Positions 13,950 to 24,947 of a DNA stretch of 64,000 bases are shown piece by piece; the first letter of the stretch is position 1, and every line of letters starts with the position of its first letter. The DNA is from Schmidtea polychroa (Eukaryota): assembly GCA_044892525.1 (NCBI GenBank), contig CM097885.1, positions 38,442,001-38,506,000 of the forward strand, given 5' to 3'. The notes beneath the pieces were generated by a model that did no database searches, had not been told where the DNA came from, and saw only the letters and a list, made by a program, of their open reading frames with translations. Position numbers and translations under genes: made by a program.

Positions 13950-15586
13950 TTAAATAACTTAAATCAAATGTTGTATGTAGTTTTTTTATTTGTTAATCTA
14001 GTTTTTTGATCTGAGAAACGCTGTAATATAAAATTAATACCCTGCTATACAGCAAAATATCTATTTCATGTATGCTTTGTGGAACGTCTATACCTCTGGA
14101 TGTGTTGTCAGTTCATTACATTTAGTTTACTCCTGGGTATGGTCCAACCTTTGTAGCTAGGTTATGACTAGCAAGGATTAAATGATTACTCTTGAGTTAT
14201 TTAATTTCATTTAAAATTTCATTCATCAAAACACAAAAACAATACATTGAAGATTTTCAAAATTATCCTAACAATTTGGAATCAAACAAAATCTAAAGTC
14301 ATTCAGGTGTGAGTTGTAAGTCATTTTTATGTATGGTTGGAAAAGGTTTGTGATTGAGAAGCGAGAGAAACATTTGAGAAGTCACTGACAAAACCCAGTA
14401 TTAATAATCAATTAAATATGCTTATAAAAGAGCTTATCAATCAATTTCACCGGAAAAAAATAGTTGATCGAGTATAATTACTTTCCACGCTTCAATAATT
14501 CATGAAAACAAAAAACAATTATATCATTTCTCCCGCTAAAGTTACATTTTCATTTTTATTTGCAAAAAATATATATTTTAAATGGCAAAAAATTGTTATT
14601 GAAACCAACTTGAATGTGGGTTTCATCCAAATTGTATTCCAAATGTCGATGTTTAACTTGTATGCTTACTTGGCGTGAAGTGAACTCTTTGGTTTTTCTG
14701 CATAGTACCGATGAGAGTCAAAAGCTTGAAATTAGTATAATATTGGATTTTGCACTGAATATTACACATGTGCTGTATGTTTTTACGTTTGTAAATTTAG
14801 TGTTGTTTTTTCGATTTCTTTTATTAAGGTGTGTAATTGTTAATCTTTGCATTGAAATTTTCCTCAATCATTCCAGAGATTATTAGAATAATTAATTTTA
14901 TTGGAAACACTTCGTTTCCACAATCGATTTTGCCGCCGCAATAGTTGATCTTTTTAATTCCCAAATCTATTTCTACCTTGAAGTTACGCATTACATAATA
15001 ATTACAAAAAAATAATTAAAAAATAACAAAACAAATAAATCGAGAAAAATTAAAATATCCATAGGAAGATAGAAGATTGAAAATAAAACAAATGATTAAA
15101 GGGACTGAATAAACTGACAATTACCCTCCAGAAATCATTGGAAATTCTACTCAGAAAACAAATTACAAAATAAAGAATTCAAAAGAAAAATTAGATCTAT
15201 TTTCGAAAGACTAAAGTAATTTAAACTATTTTAATAAAATTTGATATTGTTTTATTATTCGTTTTTTTGTATTTCTACATTCACATACACACTCACTCAT
15301 CCCAGCAGTACCAACACAGATTTTAAAAGTGACTCTCGCTGGGCTCTACAAATTTCTTCCGTAGTATTTAGCAATTATAACATAACATACATTGCTTATC
15401 ATTCTTAATAGAACGTCAGACATCCGATAAATACTACACATATAAAAAATATGAAACTCTAAATATGTTTGAGTGTGTTTGCCGTTAAAATTCAAAATAA
15501 GTGATTCTCGAACCTGCTGACGAAATTTGTACAGTAGGATCTTCCTGTATTTTAAATTTTCAGCATCGGTAAGTTCTATCAATGTT

Positions 15587-15918
15587 AGTAGTGAGGAATC
15601 TATGCACCCCAGCACCCCCACCCTAAAAAAAAACAGCGCTATTGACCCATATTTTCTGCATTATATGCTTTTTTACCCCATATTCTTCACTTTTTTTAAC
15701 TTTTAAACTTTGTCCCCTATTGCCATTAACCCTTAATTTCTTCCCTTAAAAGTAAAAAAGTTCGGAATAGATGTATTTATAGATTAGTAATTCCGAGAAA
15801 AGGTAACGGGGTGCATAGATTCCTCACTTCTTGGTCTTAAGGATTTAATGTTATAAGGATTTAATGTTATAAGAATATCAGATTACCTAATTCATAATGA
15901 TCTAGGTCGCCTGATCAC
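15587..15918 (+). repeat. Polinton left terminal inverted repeat
   Basis: Reverse complement of 29100-29431 with only a few substitutions and homopolymer indels. Confidence 0.95.
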
Positions 15919-15991
15919 TTTTAGATTTAAAAAAAATAAAAATTAATATCAAAACCAAAACATCGTATCCAACCAAAAAATTCTTTTAAAA

Positions 15992-18900
15992 ATGGAAGCT
16001 ATTTTCAATTGTGAAATTTGTGAAAAAAATTTTAAAAATAAAACTGCTTTAACATCTCATAAAAAATCAAAAGACCATTTAATAAAAGTTAACACACTAG
16101 ATGACACTAATTCCAAAATCTGTTCTAAATGTAAGGATAGATATTTATTTTCAGGTTATAAGAAGCATTTTAAAAATTGTATTGGAGTTCCTAAAAACAG
16201 AGAAATATTCGAATGTTCAGCATGTGGAAAAAAGATGAAGATAAAATCTTTTTACTTAAGACACATAGAAGATTGTGGTCTTGAAGCAAAAGATTCTGAT
16301 TCAAACTCAATGACTGAAAAAGCTGAAAAACTAGAGTTTAATTGGGACAACTTCAATCACACCGATGTAATTGTAGAAGTAAAACGAGGACCCAGATCAA
16401 TCATGCAATATATAAGAGAAAATAAAAAAAAAATAATATCATCAATGGATGATGCTATAAAAAAATTTGGTAGATCAAGATTTAATGTTATAAAAGTTAA
16501 ATTTACAGGAAATGCAAAATACTGGAGAGGAGATGATTCAATCGCAATGCCTCTAGATGTAAAAATTGAAACCTCATATAAATATTTATTTTCTACAAAA
16601 GCAGGAAATAAACTTGTTAATGATATAGCTAAAGAATTGGAAGAAAAACAAGAACAGGTGGAACAAGAACTAGGAGAATCTAATTTAAGATTCCACTCTT
16701 TTCAAAATATAGAGATTGAATACTGGAGAGGCGCACCACCAAATCCTAAATCTTTTATTCACACACCATTCACCTCCAACCATGTTATAAATGTACAGAA
16801 TAAAGATAATAAATGTTTTCAATGGTCAATACTTGCACACTTACATCCTCAAGCAACTAACCCACAGAGAGTTCAAAAATATGAAGAATATGAATCTGAA
16901 TTAATTTATCCAAAAGATTTTTCCCACCCAATGAAAATTGAAGATGTTCCAGCATTTGAAAAATTAAATAATCTTAAAACTAATATTTATCAATTCATTC
17001 CAACCAAAATTACAAAAACTAGAAAAAATAAAAATTATAAACACATTATTCCTATTTACATTTCTAACATGGAAATCTCAGATGAAAAGAGAGAAGTAGA
17101 TCTTTTAATATTAGAAGAAGGTAAACCAGATGAAGACTTTGATGGAGAAGAATATGGTGAAGAGGTTCAAAGCGTTCACCCGAGGAGAGAAGCAGAAGAA
17201 GGCATTTCATTAGAACCAGAAGCAGAAAGCACTGCGTCCGGAGGCACTATGTTAGATAAAAAACTTCATTATATCTTAATAAAGAATTTTCAAAGTTTTA
17301 TGAAAGGAAACACACTCATTCGTGGAGGCATATGTTGTAAAAGATGTTTATATCATTCAAGTTCAAAACTTGCTGCTATTAAACATGAGAGACTCTGTTG
17401 TAAGAATCAACCTGCTTTAATAAAAATGCCACACAAGAAAAATGCTAATATGAGGTTTAAAAACTATTCCAATCTATTAGAAGCATTGGGAGTGGTTTAT
17501 TGTGATTTTGAAGCTATAAATGTAAAACTAAGACGAACAAAAACTAATACTGTAAAACTAACAAAACAATTACCCTCTGCTTATAAAATGTTTTTTAAAA
17601 GTAATTATCCAGAACTTGTAGAATCTAGAGAATATTCATTTAGAGGAACTTCTGACAAAGAGACTCTAGATCATTTTGTTAAAACTTTAAATAATCTAGA
17701 ACATGAATTATATATAATATTAAAATCCAACTTTCCTATGAATTTTTCAGAAGAACAAGAGGAAGAATATAAAAATGCAACACACTGCTGGATGTGTAAA
17801 CAAGAGTTTGATATTCAGGAGGAGGAGGATGAGGAGCCAAAGGTTGCAGACCATGATCATTTTAAAAGAGAAAATAATTACAGAGGAGCAGCCCATAAAA
17901 AATGTAATCTCAATTGTAAAAAACCAACACACATACCATTTATATTTCACAATCTTTTTGGCTATGATATTCACCTATTCATTAAGCATCTGGCCGCAAA
18001 TGCTAAAAACTCTTTCAAGGTTATTGGACTTACAAAAGAAAAATATAAAAGCATTCAATATGGATGCTTTAAGTTTTTGGACTCGTTAAATTTCTTAGGG
18101 ATGTCTTTGGATGGGATTGCTAAAACTATAAACCCTGAGGATTTTAAATATACAAAAGAACATGTGTTATTAAAAAACAATATTCCATTAGAGGAATATA
18201 ATACCTGTCTAGCAAAAGGAATCTATCCATATGATTATATAGACTCCTTTGAAAAATATAATGAATTACTCCCACCCCAAGAAGATTTCTTTTCTGTTTT
18301 AACACAATCAGGGATTTCTGATCAGGAATATTCCCGTGCAGTTAAAATGTGGAATCTATTCAACTGTAGAAACCTTGGAGAATATACTGACATGTATCTT
18401 TCCTTGGATGTTTATATCTTAGCTGATTGCTTCGAGACATTTTCAAAAGCTTTTGAATTAAAACCTTATAATTATATAACCGCTCCCTCTCTAGCTTGGG
18501 ATATATTATTATATACCATATGGACTGATGAAGATGTAGCAGTAAGAAATAAAACTATTGAATTATTAGTTGAGCTTGATATGTTTAATGTATATAAACA
18601 TAATATTAGAGGAGGTATTTCTTCAGTACAAGGAAATAGAGAAATAAATGCTAATAATTTTACAACTCTTTATCCTAAATTTTTCAAAGATCCTGATGCT
18701 CTATATGTAGAAATAACAAACCCAGAAGATCGTAAGGAAATAATGGAAGGTCTTTCTAATCCTTCTGAAATAATGTATATAGATGCAACAGCTTTATATG
18801 CGGGAGTAATGACTCAATACCTTCCAATTGGCAAGTTCACCTGGAAAGAACCCACTGAGGAATTAATACAAGAAATTCTAAAAACACCAAAAGATTCTCA

Positions 18901-20386
18901 ATTTGGATATGTTGTAGAATGTGATCTTGAATATCCCAATGAAATAAAATCCAGAACTAGATATTTTCCATTTGCTTCTGTAAGAAGAAAGATCTCTCCT
19001 GAAGAACTATCAGATTGGCAGATTGCTCAGAATAGAACACCGTGTATAAAACTTTTATGTGATCAAACAGATAAAACTGATTATCTTTGTCATTATAGAC
19101 TCCTCCAGTTTTATCTCTCACATGAAATGGTTTTAAAAAAAGTACATTCTATAATTAAATTCCGACAAGCTCCTTTTATGAAAAAATTCATCGAGGGAAA
19201 TATCTTAAAAAGAAATGCAGCAAAGAGAGCTGGAAATGCTTTTCTTGATATGATTTATAAACTTTTAAACAATGCAGTCTTTGGAAAGACAATGGAGAAT
19301 ATTGATAAATATACTCGTGTAGAGCTCTTAACCAATACAACAAAAGATCTTAATAAATATAATCGAATAATTGGAAAGCCTACATTTAAAAATGCAGAGA
19401 TATTCTCTAGTAACCTTATAGCTATAGAGATTAAAAACTCTGTAAAAACTTATAATAAACCAATCTTTATAGGTTTTTCAATTTTAGAACTTTCAAAGCT
19501 TCAAATGTATGAGACCTACTATGATGTTCTAGTACCCCATTTTGGAGATCGAATATCCATGCATGCTATGGACACTGATAGTATGTTTTTAAAAGGTCAT
19601 AGTAAAGATTTAAAAAAGGAAATAAGTGAAAACGAAACCTTAAATTAATTAATAAACAACTCTGGAGAATTATTTACTTTTAAAGATGAAAAACCAAATA
19701 CTCCAATAAGTGGAGGAGTGTTTATTAGACCTAAACAATATTCTCTTGAAATGAAAGACAAACCAATTATGAAAGAGCATACAATAAAATTTATAATAGG
19801 GGAGGGAGAAGGATCTGTTGAAATAGATCACACATTTGAATATCCTTCATTCCCTGAAAACCCGAAAAGCTATAAAGAAAATAAAAGTAAAGGAATTCAA
19901 AAATCAGTGTCAAAAACCTTCACACATCAAGAGTATAAAGATTCATTAAATATAAATTATAAAAATAAAATTGCTAAAACCCATCATCTTAAATCAGAGA
20001 AACATAATATATATCTTGAAGAGTGTAACAAGATTGCTATAACAAATTATGATGATAAAAGATTTATACTTTCTGACTTGAAGACAACATTACCTATTGG
20101 AAATGATTTAATCCTTATAATAAAAAATCTTGATAAAATAAATGAAATTTATAACCTAGAGATTACAGACCTTCAACTTGCTAAAGTAGAAATCCAATAT
20201 CCTGAAATATTAATTCCTAAACCTTTATATAATCAAGTTCAAAATATAAAACCTATAGAACTTAAATATTTTAATACTGATCCTGAATATATCCAAGGAC
20301 TAAAACCAGAAGACTTTAAATCACATAAATTAATGTTAAAAAGCATTACTGCAGAAATAATTATAAATCAATTACGACTGGTCTAA
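15992..20386 (+). CDS. polB: Protein-primed family B DNA polymerase with N-terminal C2H2 fingers and an endonuclease VII-like insert; one in-frame TAA at 19646-19648
   Basis: ExoI YCDFEA, ExoII HNLFGYD, ExoIII YLSLDV, motif A YIDATALY, motif B KLLNNAVFGK, motif C MDTDS, and CWMC..DHDH..YRGAAHKKCN; the frame continues after the stop (LINNSGELFTFKDEKP) into ORF 19718-20386. Confidence 0.95.
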
Positions 20387-20410
20387 GAATTAGAATTTTA
20401 ACACTATAAA

Positions 20411-20965
20411 ATGATGGAAACTAAAAATCAAGAAAATAACATTTTTGAAATTATAAAAAATATTACTAATTTAAAGGATAACAGATGTAAAGGAATACAG
20501 AGAGTGGTTGCAAAGAATCTTTCTCATCAAGATTATATAGATACATTGAATCCAAATCATAAAGATAAAATTGATGAAATACATCAACTTAAAAGTGAAA
20601 ACCATGATATTCACTTGATAGAATCTCAAAAAATATCATTATCAAATTATGATGATAAGAGATTCATACTAAGTGATTTAAAGACAACTCTACCTATTGG
20701 AAATAATTTAATCCCTATAATAAAAAATCTAGAAAAGTTGAATAAGTTATATGATACAAAGATTACTGATCTTGATATTTATAATGTTGAAATTATTTAT
20801 CCCGAGAGAGAAATCGAGAAACCTTTATATTCTCAAGTTTTTAATCCTATATGTTTAGAACTTAAATATTTTAATACTGATCCTGAATATATAAAAGGTC
20901 TAAGTGATAAAGAATTTAAAGATCATAAATTAATGATTCATAGGTTGGCTTTCAACCATAACTGA
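20411..20965 (+). CDS. Stand-alone paralogue of the pPolB C-terminal domain (184 aa)
   Basis: KGIQ..., NYDDKRFILSDLKTTLPIGN and ELKYFNTDPEYI are shared with the last 165 or so aa of pPolB; own TAAAATG start. Confidence 0.9.
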   Translation: MMETKNQENNIFEIIKNITNLKDNRCKGIQRVVAKNLSHQDYIDTLNPNHKDKIDEIHQLKSENHDIHLIESQKISLSNYDDKRFILSDLKTTLPIGNNLIPIIKNLEKLNKLYDTKITDLDIYNVEIIYPEREIEKPLYSQVFNPICLELKYFNTDPEYIKGLSDKEFKDHKLMIHRLAFNHN

Positions 20966-21059
20966 AACCAACGATATTTAATTTTTTAATAATAAAATGT
21001 CGACAATTAATTTAAGCAACTATAGCAACCTGATCTACTTTTTTAAAAATACACCCATT

Positions 21060-21656
21060 TTATAAGTAAGAATTCTTTAACCATTTTTCTCGAGATGTTT
21101 TTTTATTACTTATAACATTAGCCACCATGCCCTCCCTTTTTAATCTTATAACCTCATTCTTTATATCTTGTATTATTTGATTTGATTTCATTATTTCTTC
21201 GTCTGTCAGGATTCCATCTTCCAAAGCTTTTAATTGAAATAAAAATAATTTAGAGATTCCTAATTCTATTGATAAACAAACTTCTCTATATAAACTTTTC
21301 TTTTTAGAAGTATAAGATAATGAAACTATTTCAGTTAAGAAACCATCAGCCACAGAAATACTTCCAAGTATTACAGGTGCAAGAGTAACAACTGGTAAAG
21401 TTATGGGTAAAATAACTGTTAATATTGCAGATGCAAATCCTAAAGAATAACCTATAACTTTTAAAACTGTATTCCCTTTATTCCATCTATTTTTAATTTT
21501 TTTATAATGCTTTAATAAATCTTGTAAATGTAAGGTTTCTGATTTAAATTCTTTTACTCTCATAATTTCAAGTTCTGTGGGAGCCGAGGCCTTGGAAGAA
21601 TAATATCCTGATGATCTCAATTCTGGGTAAATTTTTTCTTCTCTTACTTCTTCCAT
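21060..21656 (-). CDS. Polinton accessory membrane protein (198 aa, hydrophobic hairpin)
   Basis: Intact ORF with TAAAATG start; hydrophobic stretch VIGYSLGFASAILTVILPITLPVVTLAPVILGSISV flanked by helical charged regions. Confidence 0.75.
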   Translation of the reverse strand: MEEVREEKIYPELRSSGYYSSKASAPTELEIMRVKEFKSETLHLQDLLKHYKKIKNRWNKGNTVLKVIGYSLGFASAILTVILPITLPVVTLAPVILGSISVADGFLTEIVSLSYTSKKKSLYREVCLSIELGISKLFLFQLKALEDGILTDEEIMKSNQIIQDIKNEVIRLKREGMVANVISNKKTSREKWLKNSYL

Positions 21657-21816
21657 TTTAATAATTAAAAAAATAAGACTTTATTCTTCTGAGCACCATC
21701 TGGTACCAATACTCGGATATCAAAAGAAACTCTTGTTGAGAGGATGTCTTTATACAATTCTCTCAATGCTTTACGAACTTCATCAACATCAACCTTTTTT
21801 TCATAAAATATTAAAT

Positions 21817-22071
21817 CTATATATTGTACAAGTGAACTAGAAAAATGAATATTCTTACTTTTAACTTTATGTAGTCCATGTGAATGAGTATTAACATACC
21901 AATCTCCGTTATATTAAAAATAGTATTATAAGCACAAAACCATAATAGCCCCAATTCATAATTTAAATTTTGATCTAATTTAATTGAATCTTGAAAGTTT
22001 ATAGTAAACTCTGATTCTTTTGAATTTATAGATAAAGTTCTTGAATATTTATCTGACATTATGTTTACCAT
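21817..22071 (-). pseudogene. Minor capsid protein (penton), N-terminal part only
   Basis: EFTINFQDSIKLDQNLNYELGLLWFCAYNTIFNI matches the F...I.L...YE.AL....YN.I.NI penton N-terminal pattern; similarity stops abruptly at about 21905. Confidence 0.7.
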
Positions 22072-22158
22072 TTTATTTAAATTATCTTCCGGAGGGTTGT
22101 GAAGCTCCATTTCTTTAGTAGTAAATTCATATAGTAAAAATCCTTATAGTAAAAATCC

Positions 22159-22623
22159 TTATAGTAGAGATTCTAGATCATTATAAATTTCTTGAATTAT
22201 AGATTCAAAATCCTGCGTATGCCCTTTTCCCTCTCCCTTATTCAATCTATACAAAACATATAAACTTAAAATACCACATATTTTAGTATTCAAAGGTTGA
22301 ACTTGTAAAGAGTTAAAAGTATAACCATTTGGGGAATCAATCGGAGAACCCCTCAAGAGATAATCTTCAACTTCTTTAGTAGGTTTAATCCCAAAAGAAT
22401 CAAAGTAGATAGATTTCTTATATATACAAACCCAATGAGATCCTTTTTCATTTGAATTTTGATAATTGATTATTATATTCAGGGGACTCTCCAGACTTGA
22501 TAATTCATCATTCATTAATATTTTAATTTTTAAATTTAAATAATTTGCATAATCTTTTAAATCAAAATTTGTTTTTGCATTTATTCCAAATGTTTTTAAA
22601 AAATCTAATATTGAAGGAGTCAT
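22159..22623 (-). CDS. Adenain-like cysteine maturation protease
   Basis: GSHWV, YFDSFG, QVQP and ICG give the H-D-Q-C catalytic residues in adenain order. Confidence 0.92.
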   Translation of the reverse strand: MTPSILDFLKTFGINAKTNFDLKDYANYLNLKIKILMNDELSSLESPLNIIINYQNSNEKGSHWVCIYKKSIYFDSFGIKPTKEVEDYLLRGSPIDSPNGYTFNSLQVQPLNTKICGILSLYVLYRLNKGEGKGHTQDFESIIQEIYNDLESLL

Positions 22624-22645
22624 TTTGTATTTTAAAACTTCGTAT

Positions 22646-23527
22646 TTATAACTTCGTATACTTATTAAATTTATCTTTTGAAATTATTCCTTGTTTTAAC
22701 AAATCTTTAGAAATCTTTAAAATATCAGAATCTAAATTATTATGTCCTGCTTTCCTTGCAGCTAATAGTTTTCTTAATTCAATAAAAAGATTGATGGGAT
22801 TTGGTTTACCACCTTCACTAATTAATCCCTCTCCCTCTGTAACAACATAACCCTTTTCATTTTTATTTAAATAATTCTTTAAATCTTGAATATATTTTGC
22901 TTTAGAACTAGCTCTTATTAATCTTATTAAATTTAAATATTTTTTAATTTCTTCAACATCATCTGAAGAATATCCACAAAGTAATCTATAAAAATCATCT
23001 GTAAATTCAAAGTCTAAATATTCATTATTATAAACATTTTGTGAATGAATACGTGATTTATTTTCTGAATTTGAATATAAAGTAAAGTTTTGTTTATTAA
23101 TTGTTATTATTTGATATCCTTCAGTATTAGTATTAAATGTGGGTCTAATTGAAGGAGGTAAATCATCTCTAATTTTAGGATCAACTTTAAGAGGTTTTGT
23201 TTTTAAAAACATTTCTTCTTCTTCCACATTAGAAATTCTTCTGCGTTTTCTTTGATTTCTTTCAGGATGGTTTTCACTGGATTCTTTTTCTTTATCCTGC
23301 CACTCTAGTTCTTTTATTTTTTGTTTTTTATCTTCTAACTCTTTAAATTTTGCTTGCTCATTGAAATCTTCCAACTCTTTTATAGCTTTAATTGTTGGCC
23401 CCTGTTGTTGTGTTATTACCTCATTTAATATTATAGATTCAGCATGTTGAGTTGTATCTTTTTTATTATATTTATCTTGTTCTGATTGTAATTTTTTTAA
23501 AAGTGCTAATCTTTCTTCATATACCAT
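22646..23527 (-). CDS. Polinton conserved protein of unknown function (293 aa)
   Basis: Intact ORF; C-terminal GEG...NPINLFIELRKLLAARKAGHNN...ISKDLLKQGII resembles a motif I recall from Polinton virion-module ORFs. Confidence 0.65.
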   Translation of the reverse strand: MVYEERLALLKKLQSEQDKYNKKDTTQHAESIILNEVITQQQGPTIKAIKELEDFNEQAKFKELEDKKQKIKELEWQDKEKESSENHPERNQRKRRRISNVEEEEMFLKTKPLKVDPKIRDDLPPSIRPTFNTNTEGYQIITINKQNFTLYSNSENKSRIHSQNVYNNEYLDFEFTDDFYRLLCGYSSDDVEEIKKYLNLIRLIRASSKAKYIQDLKNYLNKNEKGYVVTEGEGLISEGGKPNPINLFIELRKLLAARKAGHNNLDSDILKISKDLLKQGIISKDKFNKYTKL

Positions 23528-23549
23528 TTTATTGGTATCAAAAATGGTA

Positions 23550-24128
23550 TCATAGTTCGAAGGGCTTCAAGTATAATCCTTTACCATTTTTAGTTTTACA
23601 AAGGCATCCATTCTTTAAAGATTTACATATTTTTTTTAAATCTTCTTTATCTTTTGAAGATAAAGATTCAGATGTAGAAATTTGATTTTTTAAAAAATCA
23701 TTTAAACCTCTACCTTTATAAGGATCAAGATAGAGACCTTTGCCCTGAGACTTTTGCCGACTCCCCTCATATGGATTAAGATAGAGACCCTTTCCAACGG
23801 ACACTCCCCATTTAGCTTGCCCTACCTTCTTCATTGAATCGATTTCAGTTTGTAGTTTTTCTTTTTCTAGGTCTGTCTTTTGAGATTCTTTAGCTTTTTG
23901 AACTGTAGTTGCAATTCCTCCAGCTATTCCAGCAGCACCTGATAAACCAGCAATGATTGCAGGTATTAAAGCAGCTAATGGAAGAATGCCACCTTCTTTA
24001 GCTTCGTGGAGCTTCGCTCTAACTTGTTCTTTTACATGTTTTCCAATAAAATATTTTTTACCATCAATTACTACTGATTTATTTTTATTTGAATTTATTA
24101 ATTCTTGCAAAGATTCTTCAGTTGTCAT
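23550..24128 (-). CDS. Core/membrane-active protein resembling adenovirus pX, with GKGLYL.P repeats (likely start at 24128, 192 aa)
   Basis: GGILPLAALIPAIIAGLSGAAGIAGG amphipathic segment; three GKGLYL(N/D/K)P repeats; TAAAATG context at 24128. Confidence 0.75.
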   Translation of the reverse strand: MTTEESLQELINSNKNKSVVIDGKKYFIGKHVKEQVRAKLHEAKEGGILPLAALIPAIIAGLSGAAGIAGGIATTVQKAKESQKTDLEKEKLQTEIDSMKKVGQAKWGVSVGKGLYLNPYEGSRQKSQGKGLYLDPYKGRGLNDFLKNQISTSESLSSKDKEDLKKICKSLKNGCLCKTKNGKGLYLKPFEL

Positions 24129-24144
24129 TTTATAATAAATAAAA

Positions 24145-24936
24145 ATGGATACTTGGAAACCAATTTTAAATAGACATAAGAGTAAATTCAATAATAAAGT
24201 ATTTCCTGATAATTTTAGATTATTAATTGTTGGTTCTTCTGGATGTGGAAAGAATGTACTTGTTTTGAGAATGTTACTTGAAGATGATTTTTTAGATTAT
24301 AATAATTTAATCTTTTATTCTACAACCATAAATCAACCAGAATTACAACTTTTGAAATGTGGATTTGAAAATAAATTAACTAAAAAAGCAATAATTGATA
24401 TTTTTAAAAATCAACATAGGTGTCCTGAAGAAGTTTTTCAACCTTGTGATATGGTTGATTGGTATAAGGAAAAGATTTTAGAATCAGATATTAGTAATAA
24501 AAATGATTATATTTGTGAAGAAGGGCAGGAGGCAATTCAAGTTTTATTCTCTAATAAACCTGAAGATGTTTTACATTGTGATTTACTTCCTAAAGATAAA
24601 AAGAATCTAGTTATATTTGATGATGTTGTTAATATGAAAAATCAAGAGATTCAAAAGAGTTACTTTACACGAGGTCGACATAATAATTGTAATGTTATTT
24701 ATATATCTCAAACATATTATGCTTTAGATAAAAATTCAATAAGAAATAATTCCAATTGTTTTATATTTTTTAAATTAGATCGCCGTGATAAGAATATGAT
24801 TTATAATGATTTATTTTCAAATGTTGAACCTGATAAGAATATGTTTGATATGTTTGTTGATAATCATTGGAAAGAAAAATATAATTATATTTATTTGGAT
24901 AGAGAAGAAGCTGAAATATGGAAAAGTTTGTTTTAG
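24145..24936 (+). CDS. A32/FtsK-like genome packaging ATPase
   Basis: Walker A GSSGCGK, Walker B LVIFDD, and FTRGRHNNCNVIYISQ arginine-finger/sensor motif. Confidence 0.93.
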   Translation: MDTWKPILNRHKSKFNNKVFPDNFRLLIVGSSGCGKNVLVLRMLLEDDFLDYNNLIFYSTTINQPELQLLKCGFENKLTKKAIIDIFKNQHRCPEEVFQPCDMVDWYKEKILESDISNKNDYICEEGQEAIQVLFSNKPEDVLHCDLLPKDKKNLVIFDDVVNMKNQEIQKSYFTRGRHNNCNVIYISQTYYALDKNSIRNNSNCFIFFKLDRRDKNMIYNDLFSNVEPDKNMFDMFVDNHWKEKYNYIYLDREEAEIWKSLF

Positions 24937-24947
24937 GGCTTGTTGAC

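Noticed and set aside
24129..24191. ORF-track N-terminal extension of the pX-like gene
   Set aside because: It overlaps the ATPase start on the other strand; the ATG at 24128 has the element's typical TAAAATG context
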